Assembly (NCBI GenBank): GCA_964016885.1
Contig: OZ024753.1
Span: forward strand, 34,968,001-35,032,000
DNA from: Eledone cirrhosa
Taxonomy: Eukaryota
Length of the DNA stretch: 64,000 nt
Reading direction: 5' to 3'
The notes below the pieces were generated by a model. It saw only the letters and a list, made by a program, of their open reading frames with translations. It was not told the origin of the DNA and did not search any database. How positions within the stretch are numbered: position 1 is the first letter of the stretch; the number at the start of each line of letters is the position of its first letter. Positions 14,221 through 29,530 of the stretch are shown in pieces. The position numbers and the translations under genes are program-made.

Positions 14221-16978
14221 ATATGTCCAAACATCATCATTTAATGCTAGCAGAGGTTGGACAAGTTGTCCCATAGTGAGACAAGCCAGATCAGATGATA
14301 ATGTCTTCCTCATACAGAACTGATTTTGGCTTTGTTTCTATGGCTGGATTCCTTTCCTAACACCAACCACATTTCAACTATTATTTATAGTGATCGACTA
14401 TCATTATAGCCATTCCTGTTGGGATGACTACATTTCAAATTTTAAAACTTTGCCAATGTTTCTCAAGTGAACCATATGGTGTCGGGTGTCGGTACTTATG
14501 TAAGCAATATGCAAGTCCACCGTCTCATCTGAGAGGTCACTATCACCACTTAAGTACTGACTTGATCTATGACAACCCATTCCAATCCTTGCTAGCTGAG
14601 AAAATGAATGTTGAATGATAATGATGATTTTACAACAGTTTTGACATGGATTCCATTGCTATAGACCACACATGAGTACATTAACACACACATACACACA
14701 CACATCGGCAACAACAGTTGGCAACAAGCTGGGATTATCGGCAGGAAAGCATCACTTGCTGTGTAGTTAGATACTATGGTGGTATATATCTGTTTTTCAA
14801 ACACAGTCTATCTCTCTCTCTCTCTCCTGCAATAAATCTATTTCTCTCTCAACATTTCGTATGGGGAAAAATAGTTTTGGATTACAAACATTTCAGATAA
14901 CAAACGGCCTTTAGGAATGTTTGTGAACCAAGGTTCCACAGAATATTGAATAAGATTTATATATCAATCTAGAAGAATTGTGTACATAGATTATTATATT
15001 AAAAATAAGCAGAAATACCACCATCAGATATATATATATAGGTGTGTGTGCATATATTTCATGATGTATACAAATTTATGAAAAGGTAAAACTACATTTT
15101 TGACATGCAAATGATATGAATGCACACACAACACACACACACACATTGTGTGTGTGTTGTGTGCATATACATGTACATACACCAACATATTTTTCAGGGT
15201 TTCTTCATTGAATAAATATTATTTACATTTTACATGACAGCGAGCGAACTGCTTAACTTTTCATGGTGGATGTATGGTGAAAAATTCAAATGAAATATTT
15301 TATTATTTATATAACTACCAGTGCATGCAAAGCATTTATTTAGATTAAACAGTGATAGGTGAACAATAATTATGTGGAATATTAAGTTGTATATAATACT
15401 GAAAAAGCCATTTATTATAATCACTGAGGATGTTATCAAACAGTTAATGTCAGAAAAATTAGTCAGTTCCAAACACTATTTATCAATGAATTCAAAATTA
15501 TCTGCTTAATAAAAATCAACAATCCAAATATTCTGTCATTGTTCAAGCAATTATTTGCTAATTTGAATTCAAAATAAATACAGTATATTGAATAAGATTT
15601 AGATTTCAATCGAGAAGAATTATGTACATACATTATTATATTAACCCTTTAGTATTTAAACTGGCCCTATCCAGTCAGAATTTTCTCACCTCTTTCTGTT
15701 CAAACCAGCCACTCATATTGATGTTAAGGTATTGTTCTCAAAATAAATAATATCAAAATATTGTAGATTCGATATTATGTGAGATAAAGTGTTTTTACCG
15801 CGAAAATATAATAGTAAATATAGAATAATGCCTATCCCCTCTCCAGCTGATTTCTTCTAGCAAAGGAGAGAGAGTGATAGAAAGAAAATGAGAAAGAGAT
15901 ATAGAAGAAGAGTTGACACTAGTACAGGATTGCTACTTCATGAATTGACCTCAAAAGGATGAAAAGTAAAGTTGACCCAAACAAGTTTTGAACTTAGAGT
16001 GCAGAGACTCAAACTGAATATGGAAAAGCATCTTATCTGACATTCTAATGACTTCACCAATTTGACACCTTAATTGTATATGACAGTTCGACACAGTAAT
16101 GCATGACTTACTAAAGAGGCTTTTCATGCAGTCAAAAATGTCAATCAGTTCAATGGATTTTTCTATTCATTAAACTTTGGTTCAATGCTTATTGTTAGTA
16201 TTCCCACAACGATTTAACATGAAGTTCTCAAATTCTGATGTTACAAGAGCTGAAGTGAGACACTAAGCTGTTTGGTAAATAGCAGCAATATATAACTAAG
16301 ATAATTGTTGAAGTTAAAGATAATAACTTCAACTCCGACTGACAGTGAAAGAGAGCACTTAATCATCCTTATAGCAGTAAGGTAATATTAAAGTTAACTA
16401 CGAATGTTACTTTATTATATATATATTTGTTCATATACACACATAAACCTTCATTTCATAAAGACATGCATGTACACACACACACACACATGCACACACA
16501 CATACACACATATATATATGTATATATATATACATATGTATGAAGGCGTGTGGCTGAGTGGGTAGAGAATTGGATTCACAATCTTGAGGTTGTGAGTTCG
16601 ATTCCTGGACCGGGCTATGTGTTATGTCCTTGAGCAAGACACTTTATTTCACATTGCTCCTTCTACCGATAGATAGTATTAGCGACCGATAGATAGTATT
16701 AGCAACTGGAAAGGCTGGTGAAAACATTGTTTCCTCGGTCCGATTTGACGAAAGTCGATCGTTCCTTTTTTTATATATGTGTGTGTGTGTGTATCCCAGG
16801 TTCAATCGGGGGTAATCACAGTAAGTAAGGTACTCAATACATAGCAGAATATAAATATTTAATATAGAAATGGCTTCTACAGGACTAGAATTGTTTCATT
16901 TGAAGGAAATCATCCTGATGATTTCTTTCACAGGAAACAGTTCAAGTCCTGTAGAAGCTTTTTCTATATCAAATATAT

Positions 16979-17009
<31 letters not shown>

Positions 17010-17104
17010 GCCCAATTTGATAGACTATTTTCCACAGTTGATAACCTGCATTGAAGGAATTAAATATAAGCTAATATACACTGAAATTCATAACTAACTA
17101 ACTC

Positions 17105-17306
17105 GTACATGCACTTTTGATGAGTTGTGGTGCACCTGGGCACTGTACACAATATTTCATTATTATTATTACTATTATTATATCATGACTCATACACTGT
17201 TCATTTTCCTGACATTTGTACATTATTCTATGTACTATACATGCACCTTTGATGAGTTGTAGTGCACCTGAGCACTGTATACAATAATTTCATTATTATC
17301 ATTATT
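17105..17306 (+). mobile_element. CR1 3'UTR fragment
   Basis: Matches 51850-52045. Confidence 0.8.
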
Positions 17307-17348
17307 TAACAGTTTTGAAAATATAATCGCATGCATGTACACACACGC

Positions 17349-17389
<41 letters not shown>

Positions 17390-19611
17390 CATATATATAT
17401 ATACAAACATAGAAAAAAGGAGAGAAAGATGTATGCCAACAATCACAATCAGATAAGGCATTATAATATCATTTCACTGAGTTTTATATACATTTTAATT
17501 TAATTTTGCCTCCTATTTTTAACTTTATGTTTATCCTTAACTTTGTGGTAAACAGAATAATTAAAAACAAAAAAGAATAACTTGCAATGTTGTGTTATGC
17601 TTGGGCAATTTCTTCTAAAGTGTAGCACAAAGTTACTAAGAGAAAAACATAGTAAATCTGATTGGAAGCTAGCCATGTTGTTGGATCTGTGTGGAGAGAA
17701 CATACTTCCATTTTCGTTATGTTCTAACAATCCATTTGTAATGTCTGCAAAGTGAATTATTCATTAAGGGTAACACAGTGCCAAGCATGAAGTTAACTCA
17801 CTTCTCTTGTATGTGTGTGTTTCACCTATATTGATTTCCTGCTGAGGGCAGGGTAAGAGAACTCTCTCTCTCTCTGTATATATATACATATATTTATATA
17901 TACATATATATATACATATACATATATTACCCTTGCAAGCAGGGAAAAGCGGACGTAAAATGATGATGATGATGATGATGATATTTATATAGTTGTTGTA
18001 TTGTTGCAATAAATGTGTTTGTTTTGGTGCATCACTGATTACTTGTTATCTATAATATATATATATAGAGAGAGAGAGAGAGGGGGGGGGGAGAGAGAGA
18101 GAGGGGGCAGAGAGATTGGGGGGGGGCATTTGGTTACATGTGTAGAGTAATAGTTTCACAGCTATATTATAATATAATAACAGTAATAACAACAACAATC
18201 ACAAAAACGACAACAATGACAACAACAACAACACTAACAACAACAACGACAACAATCACAAAAATGACAACAATGTCAACAACAACAACAACAACCATAA
18301 GTATCATTATTATTGTTTGGCCATTATTTTTCATTTGTGAAATATTATGCCTGAGACAAAGATAGACAAGAAAATTATCTTAACTTTTCTCTTTTTTTTT
18401 CCCCCAAACAGTAAAATAATAGAGGAACTATTGTCAAATGAAAGAATGTAATCTTAAATTCACCTTGTTATTGATAGTTTCCCAATTATGAAAATAAGAT
18501 TACATTTGTCTGTGGCTATCTTTATAGTTTTGCTCAAGTTAGTCGTGATCATGCAAACCTATTATCAAAGACATTCAAGCCCAAACTATCCCAGTTTTTT
18601 TTTCAGACATAATTTATTTAGAATTACATTATCTAATATAGTCATGAGCAAGATACACCCACAAACCACGTGGGGCCTGTTTGGCTTTCTGAATAGCAAA
18701 CCCAATTTCAAAATTGCCTTGAATGTTTTAGTAGTGCAGCCCACCTCATAATGAGCCACATCTTATGTAGCACACTGCTCGATAACAGTTGTCCATGTCT
18801 GTTTTAGAACTACATTATCTCATATGTTCTTCATTTCAGGAGATTTGGCTGCAATTTCTAGCTTGTCAAGTGGCAGTTTAAAGGCTTCCTCATTGTGTTT
18901 TTGTTTTTCTGTCAAGGGATTTACCAAAACTGAAAGACAAACATATCAAATGCTATCCCTTCCCCCTAACACTTACAATACATGAGTTGATCAGATGAAT
19001 CCTGCAATGCAGTTCAAGTTACCAGGCTCTTATTACTTAACTAAAAACATTTGTATGTTTGTATGTATGAACCAATAACACTTGTTAGAATCAGTGACAT
19101 ATGATGTACCTTGGGCATTTCAAACCTGGCAGAACCCACTGTTCTCCAAGTCTGAACACAGACAATTTCTTCCAGGGAAGGCAAGAGAGAGTAAGAAGGA
19201 GGAAGTGAGAAAGAGATATAGAAGAAGAGTCAAATCTAGTATTGGACTGGTATTTTTTTAATAAACCTTGAAAGGATTAAAGGCATAGTTGACCTCAGTA
19301 GGATTTGAACTCAGAAAGTAGAGAACTGGAACAAATACCACAAAGCATTCTAGCTGATGTTCTAATGACTCTACCAATTTACTGCTTATCTAAAAACATT
19401 TACTAAACATTAAATTATCTGAAAAAGCGAAACTTTTTTTATTTTCCTCTCTTTTGATAGTCTGCTGGAAGATACCTGAGTGGGTAGTGTATGAGAGCTG
19501 AGAACACCAATGATGGATAGAGAGCTTTAGAGGGCAAGTGTAAAGACAGATGGGTAGATAGATGGATAGATAGATAGTTAGATATATTGGTAGATAGACA
19601 GATAGATAAAT

Positions 19612-20005
19612 ATCTTTATTTGCCACAAGAGCATACAAAAAATGGGACATTACAAGATGTAACGGCAGAGGTTTTACATGAAAATCATAAACTTTAACAT
19701 TAATAAATAACAATAAACTATATATAAAATAGATATGTTTCTTTATTAGCCACAGGGGCACAAAAGAAGGGGACAAATACAAAGGGGGAAGTTTACATAC
19801 AATAAAAACGTGTAAAATGTTATCACAAATGCAATTAAAAAAGTTAGTCGATTTTCCCCAATAGGGGGAGACAGTTTATATGGGTAACACATACCCCCGA
19901 AAAAATGTGCAACCCTCATCTCCAGGAGTACGAAGAGTTTGTACTCCTTTCCTCTCCTCCTCCTTTTCCTCGACCTACAGGCTGATATAGAGAGAAGGCC
20001 CATTA
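19612..20005 (-). mobile_element. Tx1-like LINE 3'UTR copy within a (TAGA)n tract
   Basis: Shares ctttatttgccac and cccccgaaaaaa.gtgtgcaaccct segments with 42735-43025. Confidence 0.65.
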
Positions 20006-20023
20006 TAAAATAGATAGATAGGC

Positions 20024-20097
<74 letters not shown>

Positions 20098-20262
20098 GTA
20101 GGTAGATAGGTAGATAGGTAGATAGATTATTAAGTCCAACTCACCATTGGCAGCTATGCCTTTAATCTCTTTTTTTCCTTTAAAGTGGATAGAATATATA
20201 ACTACAGTGTTTCTACTTGATTCAATTAACTATGCTCAGCTTTACTACAAATATTTAGCTTT

Positions 20263-20294
<32 letters not shown>

Positions 20295-20703
20295 AATGAT
20301 GTAAGTCATTAAATAATAATTATTATTGTTGCTTTTATTGCTGCTATTAATATCATTATTATTGTGTTTGTTGTTGTTATTGTTGGGATTAAAGATGGCT
20401 TAGTTAAGAGGATAGTACATAAAGGGGTGGTTAAGTGCTTGTGCCTAAGGGTACATATCAAATTTACAATATTTATCATTATCATTATTAAAGAATGTTG
20501 GAATATTATTATTATTTGGCAGTATCGTTAGAGGGTCGGACACTATGCTTTATGCATAGAGTTACGCCCCTTGCCATTCTGAGTTCAAATCGCGCCAAGG
20601 TTAACTTTGCCTTTCATCCTTACGGGGTCGATAAAATAAAGTACCAGTAATGTACTGGATAATTGCTGGCCTTGTGCCAAAAGTAGAAACAATTATTATT
20701 ATT

Positions 20704-21150
20704 GGAGTCTCAGTCATTGATGTTATTTAACTGGAAAGTTTGTTCAAATGAACATCAAGCCGCTACCTGCAACCTCAGATATTCAGGACGTATCGGAGGG
20801 TTCTTGCTGTTCCCAGCAAGCATGCCGTTTGAAGTGTTTCAAAAAAGGGGGCCAGACTAATGTTCTTTAACCATCCTTGAAAACTCTTCAAGATAGTACC
20901 TAGTGCTCCTTCGACAATTGGGAAGACCTTGATCTCATGACAATCCCAAATCCTTTTTAATTCCCACTTTAAATACTGGTATTGGTTAATTTTCTCCTCC
21001 TCCTTTTCTTGCACTCTTGTGTCAAAGGGGAAGGCTACATCTACAATTAGGCACAATCTTTTTTCCTTGTCAAAAACCACCAGGTCAGGCCTATTGTGTT
21101 CTAATTTCTTGTCTGTCTGTATCCTGAAATCCCAGAGGACCTTCACATTA
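20704..21150 (-). mobile_element. R4/Dong-type LINE fragment with restriction-like endonuclease
   Basis: LWDFRIQTD..NRPDLVV.DK..CLIVDVA.P.D..EKEEEKI..Y..L..E (PD-(D/E)xK RLE); both ends border (ATT)n. Confidence 0.85.
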
Positions 21151-21263
21151 TTATTAACCTCTTTACACAGCCAAAACCCACTTTGTATTATCCTGAGTCG
21201 TTCTGTGCCATCTGTAATGTTTTTCTTCATGTTAGCCCTTGTGGCCAATAAAGAAACCATTAT

Positions 21264-21455
21264 TGTGGATTGGCAGTATCGGTAGAGGGTCGGATGCCAT
21301 GCTTTGACGTATAGAGTTACGGCCCTTGTCATTCTGAGTTCAAATCCCGCCGAGGTTAACTCTGCCTTTCATCCTTACGGGGTCGATAAAATAAAGTACC
21401 AGTAATGCACTGGGTATTTGCTGGCCTTGTGCCAAAAGTAGAAACAATTATTATT
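21264..21455 (+). mobile_element. tRNA-derived SINE family A, full copy. Other copies: 2887-2998, 6800-7655 cluster, 20515-20700, 21484-21635, 24165-24348, 26640-26860, 30152-30345, 33231-33418, 60880-61045, 62450-62668
   Basis: A box TGGCAGTATCGG, B box GAGTTCAAATC, core GCCTTTCATCCTTACGGGGTCGATAAAATAAAGTACC (Meta-domain-like), (ATT)n tail. Confidence 0.88.
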
Positions 21456-23299
21456 ATTATTATCATTATTATTATTATTATTGGGCGGTGGCAATATCGG
21501 TAGAGAGTCTGACGCCATGCTTTGCAGCAAAGAGTTATGTCCCTTTATGGTCTGAGTTCAAATCCCGCCGAGGTTAACCAGTAATACACTGGGATAATTG
21601 CTGGCCTTGTGCCAAATATAGAAACAATTATTATTATTGAGGTGGTGGATTAGTAAAATAGTTACATCAATAGACAAAATGCCTTGTGGTATTTCATTGC
21701 AGGCATTGCCCCAGAATGGCTGCAGTGTAATGACTCACTGGAAACCAGTAAAAGTCTAAGAGAAACAGGAATTTAAAAAAACAAATGCTAACTCTGTACC
21801 CTCAGTTCAACACTTGTCCTTCTGCTATGCAAGCTGCCGCCACTGACACCACCACCAATATTGCAATAGCTTAGTCACAAAGTACAAGTGGCAATATATG
21901 TCTGCTACATTAAGCATTTGCTATTATAGGGTTCCTTCCTTAAGTGTAAGGCCCTCATCTGAAACTAACAGATGAAAGCAGCTGTCCAGAATCAAAAAAG
22001 ACCAGAGGGATCAACATCCACTGGCTTGGAATGGAATCAATTATCATAAAAGATCATGTTTAGCTTTTGTTGTATCAATAGCTGAATAGAAATTGCTTAG
22101 TAATCCTGAACCCATCTAATACCAATGCACCAGAAGTGGCCTGTACTAGAGGTTTTCCTATTTATATTAAAATCTCTAGCAAAATCTCATGAAATGACAT
22201 TGCAAAATCATATGAATGCTCATATGAACACATATATATATATATGTACACATACACACATAATTTATTTTATATAAGTGTTTCTATACAAAGGTGTATA
22301 GTCAAAATAAATTATATATATATACATATATATATTATATATATATATATATATAAAAAGAGGGAGAGAGTGAGAGAGAATTTATTCTCAAATTAGATTT
22401 GTGCATTTCAATAGAAAGGTGTACCATCAACATAAATATGTGTGCATATACATATATATACACACACACATACAACCTAACACACACATATATGTAATAA
22501 ACACTAGTTGTTTGTCCACAAATTCCTTTTCATTTGCATTGCTTCAGCTCTTATGATAAGCAGAGAAATGGGTTAGGTTAGTATCAATAGTTAGCTGGTA
22601 TAGCTAAACAAATTGTAATTGAAGATTTTAGGAAAATTTCTAAAACAAACAATAAGAAAAGAAATGTCATTATTGGTCAAACGACTAATACATAACTAAG
22701 ACCAATTTATTGAAACCATTTAAGTTGTGTACTTTTGGAAATTCAAGATGTTGGGGAAAACTGAACACAGCATTTTATTTAACCCGTTAGCATTTACATT
22801 ACTCTATATTTAATATTGTATTTTCATGGTAAAGACTTTACCTCACATAATATCTCACATAACATTTACATTACTCTATATTTAATATTGTATTTTGATG
22901 GTAAACACTTTGCCTCACATAATTATCTTACGTAATATCGAATCTATGAGATTTTGATATAATTTATTTTGAGAACAATACCTTAACATCAGTATGAGTG
23001 GCCGGCTACAGGCAGTTTGAACAGAAAGAGGTGAGAGAATTTTGGCCGGATATGGCCGGTTTAAATGCTAAAGGGTTAAATAATGGTTCTATCTATACAA
23101 GCATGGATGGGTGTCTGGTTAAGAAGCCTGTTTCACAATCATGTGCTTTCCAGTTCAATCCCACTGCATAGAGCCTTGGGCAAGTGTCTTCTACTGTAGT
23201 TTTGAGGATTGATCAATGTCTTGTGAGTGAGTGAAATTTGGTAGGCAGAAACTATGCCAAAACCCACTGTGTATATATAAATATATATATGTGTGTGTG

Positions 23300-23317
<18 letters not shown>

Positions 23318-23334
<17 letters not shown>

Positions 23335-23497
23335 ATATATATTATCATCATCACTGTTTTACGTCCATGTTTCCACGCTAGCATGGGTTAGACAGGTTGT
23401 CCTGTTGTGGGCAATGCCAGGTCGGGTGACCTTGTCTTGCTCATACAGGAACTGATTTTGGCTTGATTTCTACAGCTGGATGCCCTTCCTAACACCA

Positions 23498-23535
<38 letters not shown>

Positions 23536-23877
23536 ATGTGGTTGGTGTTAGGAAGGGCATCCAGCTGCAGAAACCTAGTCAAAATACATTGGTCACCTGA
23601 CCTGATTTGTCTCATCATGTGACAACCTGTCTAACTCATGCAAGCATTGAAAAATGGACACCAACCACATTACAGTGTGTGTGTGTATATATATATTGGT
23701 GTTAGGAAGGGCATCCAGCTGTAGAAATCAAGCCAAAATCAGTTCCTGTATGAGCAAGACAAGGTCACCCGACCTGGCATTGCCCACAACAGGACAACCT
23801 GTCTAACCCATGCTAGCATGGAAACATGGATGTAAAACAGTGATGATGATAATATATATATATTCACACACACACAC
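23318..23877. repeat. Inverted duplication with ~230-bp arms and ~110-bp spacer
   Basis: 23318-23548 is the reverse complement of 23658-23877, including the SINE tail, microsatellite and start of the adjacent element. Confidence 0.9.
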
Positions 23878-24649
23878 GATAAAATGTACTCGGTAGAGCA
23901 CAGGAAGATATATAAGATGTTTTTAATATATGAGCATGCATGTGTGTGTGTGCGTGTGTATATGGGGGGGGGGGGGTATGTGTGTGTGTGCGTTTAAGTT
24001 TGTTTATATCCTCTAACTTAGCAGTTCAACAAACATAAGTTGTTGAAATAAGTACCGGACTAAAAAAAAATACTAAATTTCTTGAAGACAATGCTCCAGT
24101 ATGGCCACAGTCCAATGACTGAAACCAGTAAAAGAATAAAAGAATATCCAGTTTAAACTGTCATAATTGTTTCTACTATTGGCACAAGGCCAGCAAATTA
24201 TCCAGTACATTACTGGTACTTTATTTTATCGACCCCGTAAGGATGAAAGGCAAAGTTAACCTCGGCACGATTTGAACTCAGAATGGCAAGGCCCGTAACT
24301 CTATGCGTCAAAGCATGGCGTCCGACCCCCTACCGATACTGCCAATACACAGTTTAAACTGTCCTAATGTTGTGAATAATTCAATGATTATTTCTTCTTT
24401 TTTTTTTCAGTTTACTGTTTATTTTTTTTTTTTTATGGAATGAAATATTTTATTGCAGGCTAGGATTGCCACAATCTATTTATTCCTAACTTGCAGCACA
24501 CAGAAAAACAATAGTTTACATCTGTACTCCGCCTCCTGGTGGCAGTATAAAGTAATAGGATATGGTAACGTTTCACTCTAACTGTTAGGAGAGAATCATA
24601 TGACTTGTCATACTGTCAAACTCAGTAATGAAACTGTCACATTACAAGG

Positions 24650-24985
24650 TGTATCTATGTATGTATGTATGTATGTATATACGTATGTATGTATGTGTGT
24701 ATATATATATATATATATATGTATTTATATATATATGTATTTATATGTATGTATATATATATGTATTTATATGTATGTATATATATATGTGTATATATAT
24801 ATATACATACATACGTGTGTGTGTGTGTATATATATATATACATGTATATATATATTATATATATATATATATCCATGTGTATATCTATATATATATATA
24901 TACACACATATATATATATATATATACATATAAATACATATATATATATACACATACATACATACATACATATATACATACATAC

Positions 24986-25016
<31 letters not shown>

Positions 25017-25410
25017 CATGTGTATATATATTATATATATATATATCCATGTGTATATATATATATATACACATATATATACATACATATAAATACATAT
25101 ATATATATACACATACATACATACATACATACATACATACATACATACATACATACATACATACATACATACATACGCCTAAACACTGTACTGCGTAATT
25201 CGGGCTGTTTATTTGTTTACAAACAAACAAACCGAGCATTATAATAAATGTGCGGTAAACCGATACATGCATATATATGTGTGCATGTATGTATATATAT
25301 ATACATACTACTGTACGTCTGTATACATATATATATGTGTGCATGTATGTATATATATACATACTACTGTATGTCTGTATACATATATGTATGTACGTAT
25401 ACATACATAC
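24650..25410. repeat. (TA)/(TACA)/(TG) compound microsatellite (similar tract at 10325-10665)
   Basis: Direct inspection. Confidence 0.9.
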
Positions 25411-27382
25411 ATACTTACATTTAAGTAAGTGCCGTACTAAGAGTGAGAAATGATATTTCGTTTCATTCTATTCCATTTATATATATATAATTAGTTACAA
25501 AAGTGATATGTACAGGTACTTAAGTTTCATTGTGTTATGCTCTTACTCTTGGATATTTCTACCTAACTTTTACAACAGTATATTTTTTTTCCATTTTACG
25601 TCCGCTTTTCCCTGCTTGCAAGGGTGGGACGGGAACTGATTCTGGCTGGATTTCTACAGCTGGATGCCCTTCCTTACACCAACCTCATTTACAGTGAGTG
25701 CTGGGTGCTTTTTTTCCGTGGCGCCTACACGTCCACTTTTACAGTGTGGGTTGGGAGCTTTTTTGCCGTGGCACCACCACGACCACTTTGTAGTGGAATG
25801 ATAAGGACCCCAGTCCCTATCATCTTATTTCTACAGCTGAGTGAACTGGAGCAATGTGATATAAAGTGTCTTGCTCAAGGAAACAACACATCACCCGGTC
25901 TGAGAATTGAACTCACAACTTTTCGATTGCAAGCCCAATACTCTAACCACTAAGCCATGCGCCTTCATATATATTATGAAAAGTTCATAGGCTGACCAAT
26001 ATACTCTCATGGAATGATGAAATAAGGTTTCATTTTCAACATAGTCTCTGGAAAGAAACAATGCTGTTATTAATAATAAGAGTCAAAATTAATTCATGTA
26101 AGATTTCACAGCTCTAGCATGAATGCTTCTTAGTCAGTCTATGAACTTTTTAGCAATCCCTCGTATATATATATATATCTCATTTTTTTCTCATTTTACG
26201 TCCACCTTTCCCTGCTTGCAAGGGTAGGACGGGAACTGATTCTGGCTTGATTTCTACAGTTGGATGCCCTTCCTAACCTCATTCCCAACCTCATTTACAG
26301 TGAGTGCTGGGTGCTTTTTTGCCGTGGCACCTCCACGACCACTTTGCAGTGGAATGCTAGGGACCCCAGTCCCTATCATCTCATTTCTACAGCTGAGTAA
26401 ACTGGAGCAATGTGTAATAAAGTGTCTTGCTCAAGGAAACAACACATCACACGGTCTGAGAATTGAACTCACAACCTTTCGATTGCAAGGCCAATGCTCT
26501 AACCACTAAGCCATGTGCCTCCATATATATATATTTTTTTTTTTTTTCTAACTGTTTAATTATATGTGGTAAAGCATCTTGTCCGACGCTCAACCGATTA
26601 TTTATAATTATTGACTATTATTATTATTATGGTCACTAGGATGGTGGATTGGCAGTATCGGTAGAGCATCGAACACTCTGCTTCACGGCATAGAGTACAG
26701 CCCTTTACGTTGAGTTCAAATCCCACTGAGGTTAGCTAGCTTTTCATCCTTACAGGGTTGATAAAATAAAGTACCAGTCACGCACTGGGGTCAATTTAAT
26801 CAACTTTCCCTCTTCCCCCCAAATTGCTGGCCTTGTGCCTAAATCAGAAACCATTATTGCTATGGTCGCTTGCACCGAGTTGCATACATTTCAAATTTTC
26901 CCAATGCATCTTAAGCCAATTATTGTTTAAATACCACATTATTTAAATTAATAATGTTACTATCACCACCACCTCCACCACCATCACTACCACCATCACC
27001 ACCACCACCACCACCACTGCCATCATAATCATCATTATCAACATCACTTTCTTCATCTGCATTTGTGTTTTTACTCTAGCAGGAATTAATTGGTTCTATC
27101 AGTAAAACCTCTCTCCATTTAGCCAGCCGTTGACTAGTTTTATAAAGATCTGAAGACTATGATATAATATTTGTTCAGTCATTTTGTGCGATAAAGTCAA
27201 AATTAGCATATTTGATTGGAGTAAGTTGGTGGAATGGTGTAGACTTAGAAACACTTTGATAGCAGAAAGAATTAACATAGAAACCATTAATAATTCATCA
27301 GGTGGAAATATTTGTATGAAGTGATGTTAAACTGAAGTGGCATAGCACACTATGGTATCAATGCTGTGCAATATGTTGTAAA

Positions 27383-27426
<44 letters not shown>

Positions 27427-28883
27427 GTTGTATTGATGAAAAGATTTGAAACTTTGATGTTGTGTTTGAACAGTTCTCAATACATTCCATACAGTTGGAA
27501 AAACACACGTGTTGTTCACTCAGCCACCTTGAATATATATAGAATCATTAGAATATCTGACTGATAAAATGACAAGTCATCATCATCATCATCATTTTAT
27601 GTCCGCTTATCCCTGCTTGCAAGGATATATTGGTGGCAGCCCCAGTGGACACAATGGAGAAGGCGTTTCTCTGGAGGACGACAAGGGAAACGCGCTGGAA
27701 GAGCCTTTCCAGCTCGCGAGGCTCACACCTGCGGCTGGCTAGCTCAGCGCCTATGGTGGTGAGTGAGGAGGTAGCCCTAGGGCCGAGTGTGTTTCAATTT
27801 ACAGCAGTAAAGTATTGTGGTAGGTGCCAGGGTTTATTTTTTATTTTTTTTATTTAGAATTATACAAATCTTTGAGGTAAGTACCATGACTCTTTTTCTC
27901 TTTTTCGCCCCCTTATTCCTGAGAGGGTCATGGGGGCAGAATCCTCAAACACTCCTTCCAGCAGATGCTGTCAGAAGCAACCATCACCAAGTGATCCGAC
28001 TGGATCTTCAAGTGTGACCAGCTCAGCTCATTGATGTTATCCAACCCTCTTGGTACCTCATAGATATAAAGGTACCATGACCCAATCTTTGATATTCTTT
28101 GAGTCTAAGAAGCATTTGTAATGACTATTTTTAACATTTTCTAAATGTTTTAACCTTTTAACATTTAAACTGGCCGTATCTGGCCAGAATTCTCTCACTT
28201 TTTTCTGTTCAAACTGACTGTAACCAGCAACTCATATTTATATTAAGGTATTGTTCTCAAAATAAATAGTAAATATTCAGTAATGTAGATGCTAATGGGT
28301 TAAGTCTTTTAACCACCATTTACCATGTAAACACATGTGATATTTGAGACAAAATGTAAAATTATTGTATGAAATTATATTTAGAGGTACACAAGCAGGA
28401 GTCAACTGCATGTTAAGATAATCAATTAGATGTTTTAACTCTTTCAATACTAAACAACTCCTGGTTTTATGATACAGAACTGTTTGTTTTAAAATGTGTG
28501 TATTTATCTAAAAACATTTCAACTTAATTTTACATAAGAAGCTTTGTTAAGTTGTGTTCCACACACTAGCTTAATAATGACTAGTTATGTTACTAAATGT
28601 TACTAGCTTAATAATGACTAGTTATGTTACTAAATCCCCCCAAATTCTTGATTATTTTCAATTCTGGGGGAAGTGGAAATCACAAGCATTGTCTTCAGTT
28701 AGAAATATGACAATAAAAGTTTATATTTCTTTAAAACCTTCCATCATAATTTTAAGTAAGAACCTTTTGTTAAACAGAGTTGATTGAAAATCATAAGCAG
28801 TGTCTTTTATTAGAAATATGGAAATGAAAGAATATATTTAATCCAGTGATGTACCATGCCTATTAATAAAGGATCCTCTATTT

Positions 28884-29530
28884 AACCAACCAGCCATGAG
28901 CTAAACAACCAACCAGCCAGCCAGGAGCTAAACAATAGCCAACCAACCTAAACAACCAATCAACCAGGGGCTAACCAACCAACTAACCAGCCAGGGGCTA
29001 AACAACAACCACCAACCAACCAACCAACCAACCAACCAGGGGCTAAACAACCAACCAACCAGAGGCTAAACAACAACCACCAACCAACCAGGGGCTAAAC
29101 AACAACCACCAACCAATCAACCCACCAGGGGCTAAACAACAACCACCAACCAACCAGGGGCTAAACAACAACCACCAACCAATCAACCCACTAGGGGCTA
29201 AACAACAACCATCAACCAACCAACCAGGGGCTAAACAACAACCACCAACCAATCAACCCACCAGGGGCTAAACAACAACCACCAACCAACCAACCAGGGG
29301 CTAAATAACAACCACCAACCAATCAACCCACCAGGGGCTAAACAACAACCACCAACCAACCAACCAGGGGCTAAACAACAACCACCAACCAATCAACCCA
29401 CCAGGGGCTAAACAACAACCATCAACCAACCAACCAACAACCACCAACCAAACAACCAACCAGGGGCTAAACAACAACCACCACTTAACCAAACAACCAC
29501 CAGTTAACCAAACAACCAACCAAACAATCA
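28884..29530. repeat. Irregular minisatellite (ccaggggctaaacaacaaccaccaaccaa..)
   Basis: Repeated GGGGCTAAACAACAACC units of variable length. Confidence 0.9.

Noticed and set aside
16700-16770. Hammerhead-like CUGGUGA...GACGAAAGUCGAUC
   Set aside because: Core mutated and stems II/III do not pair convincingly.
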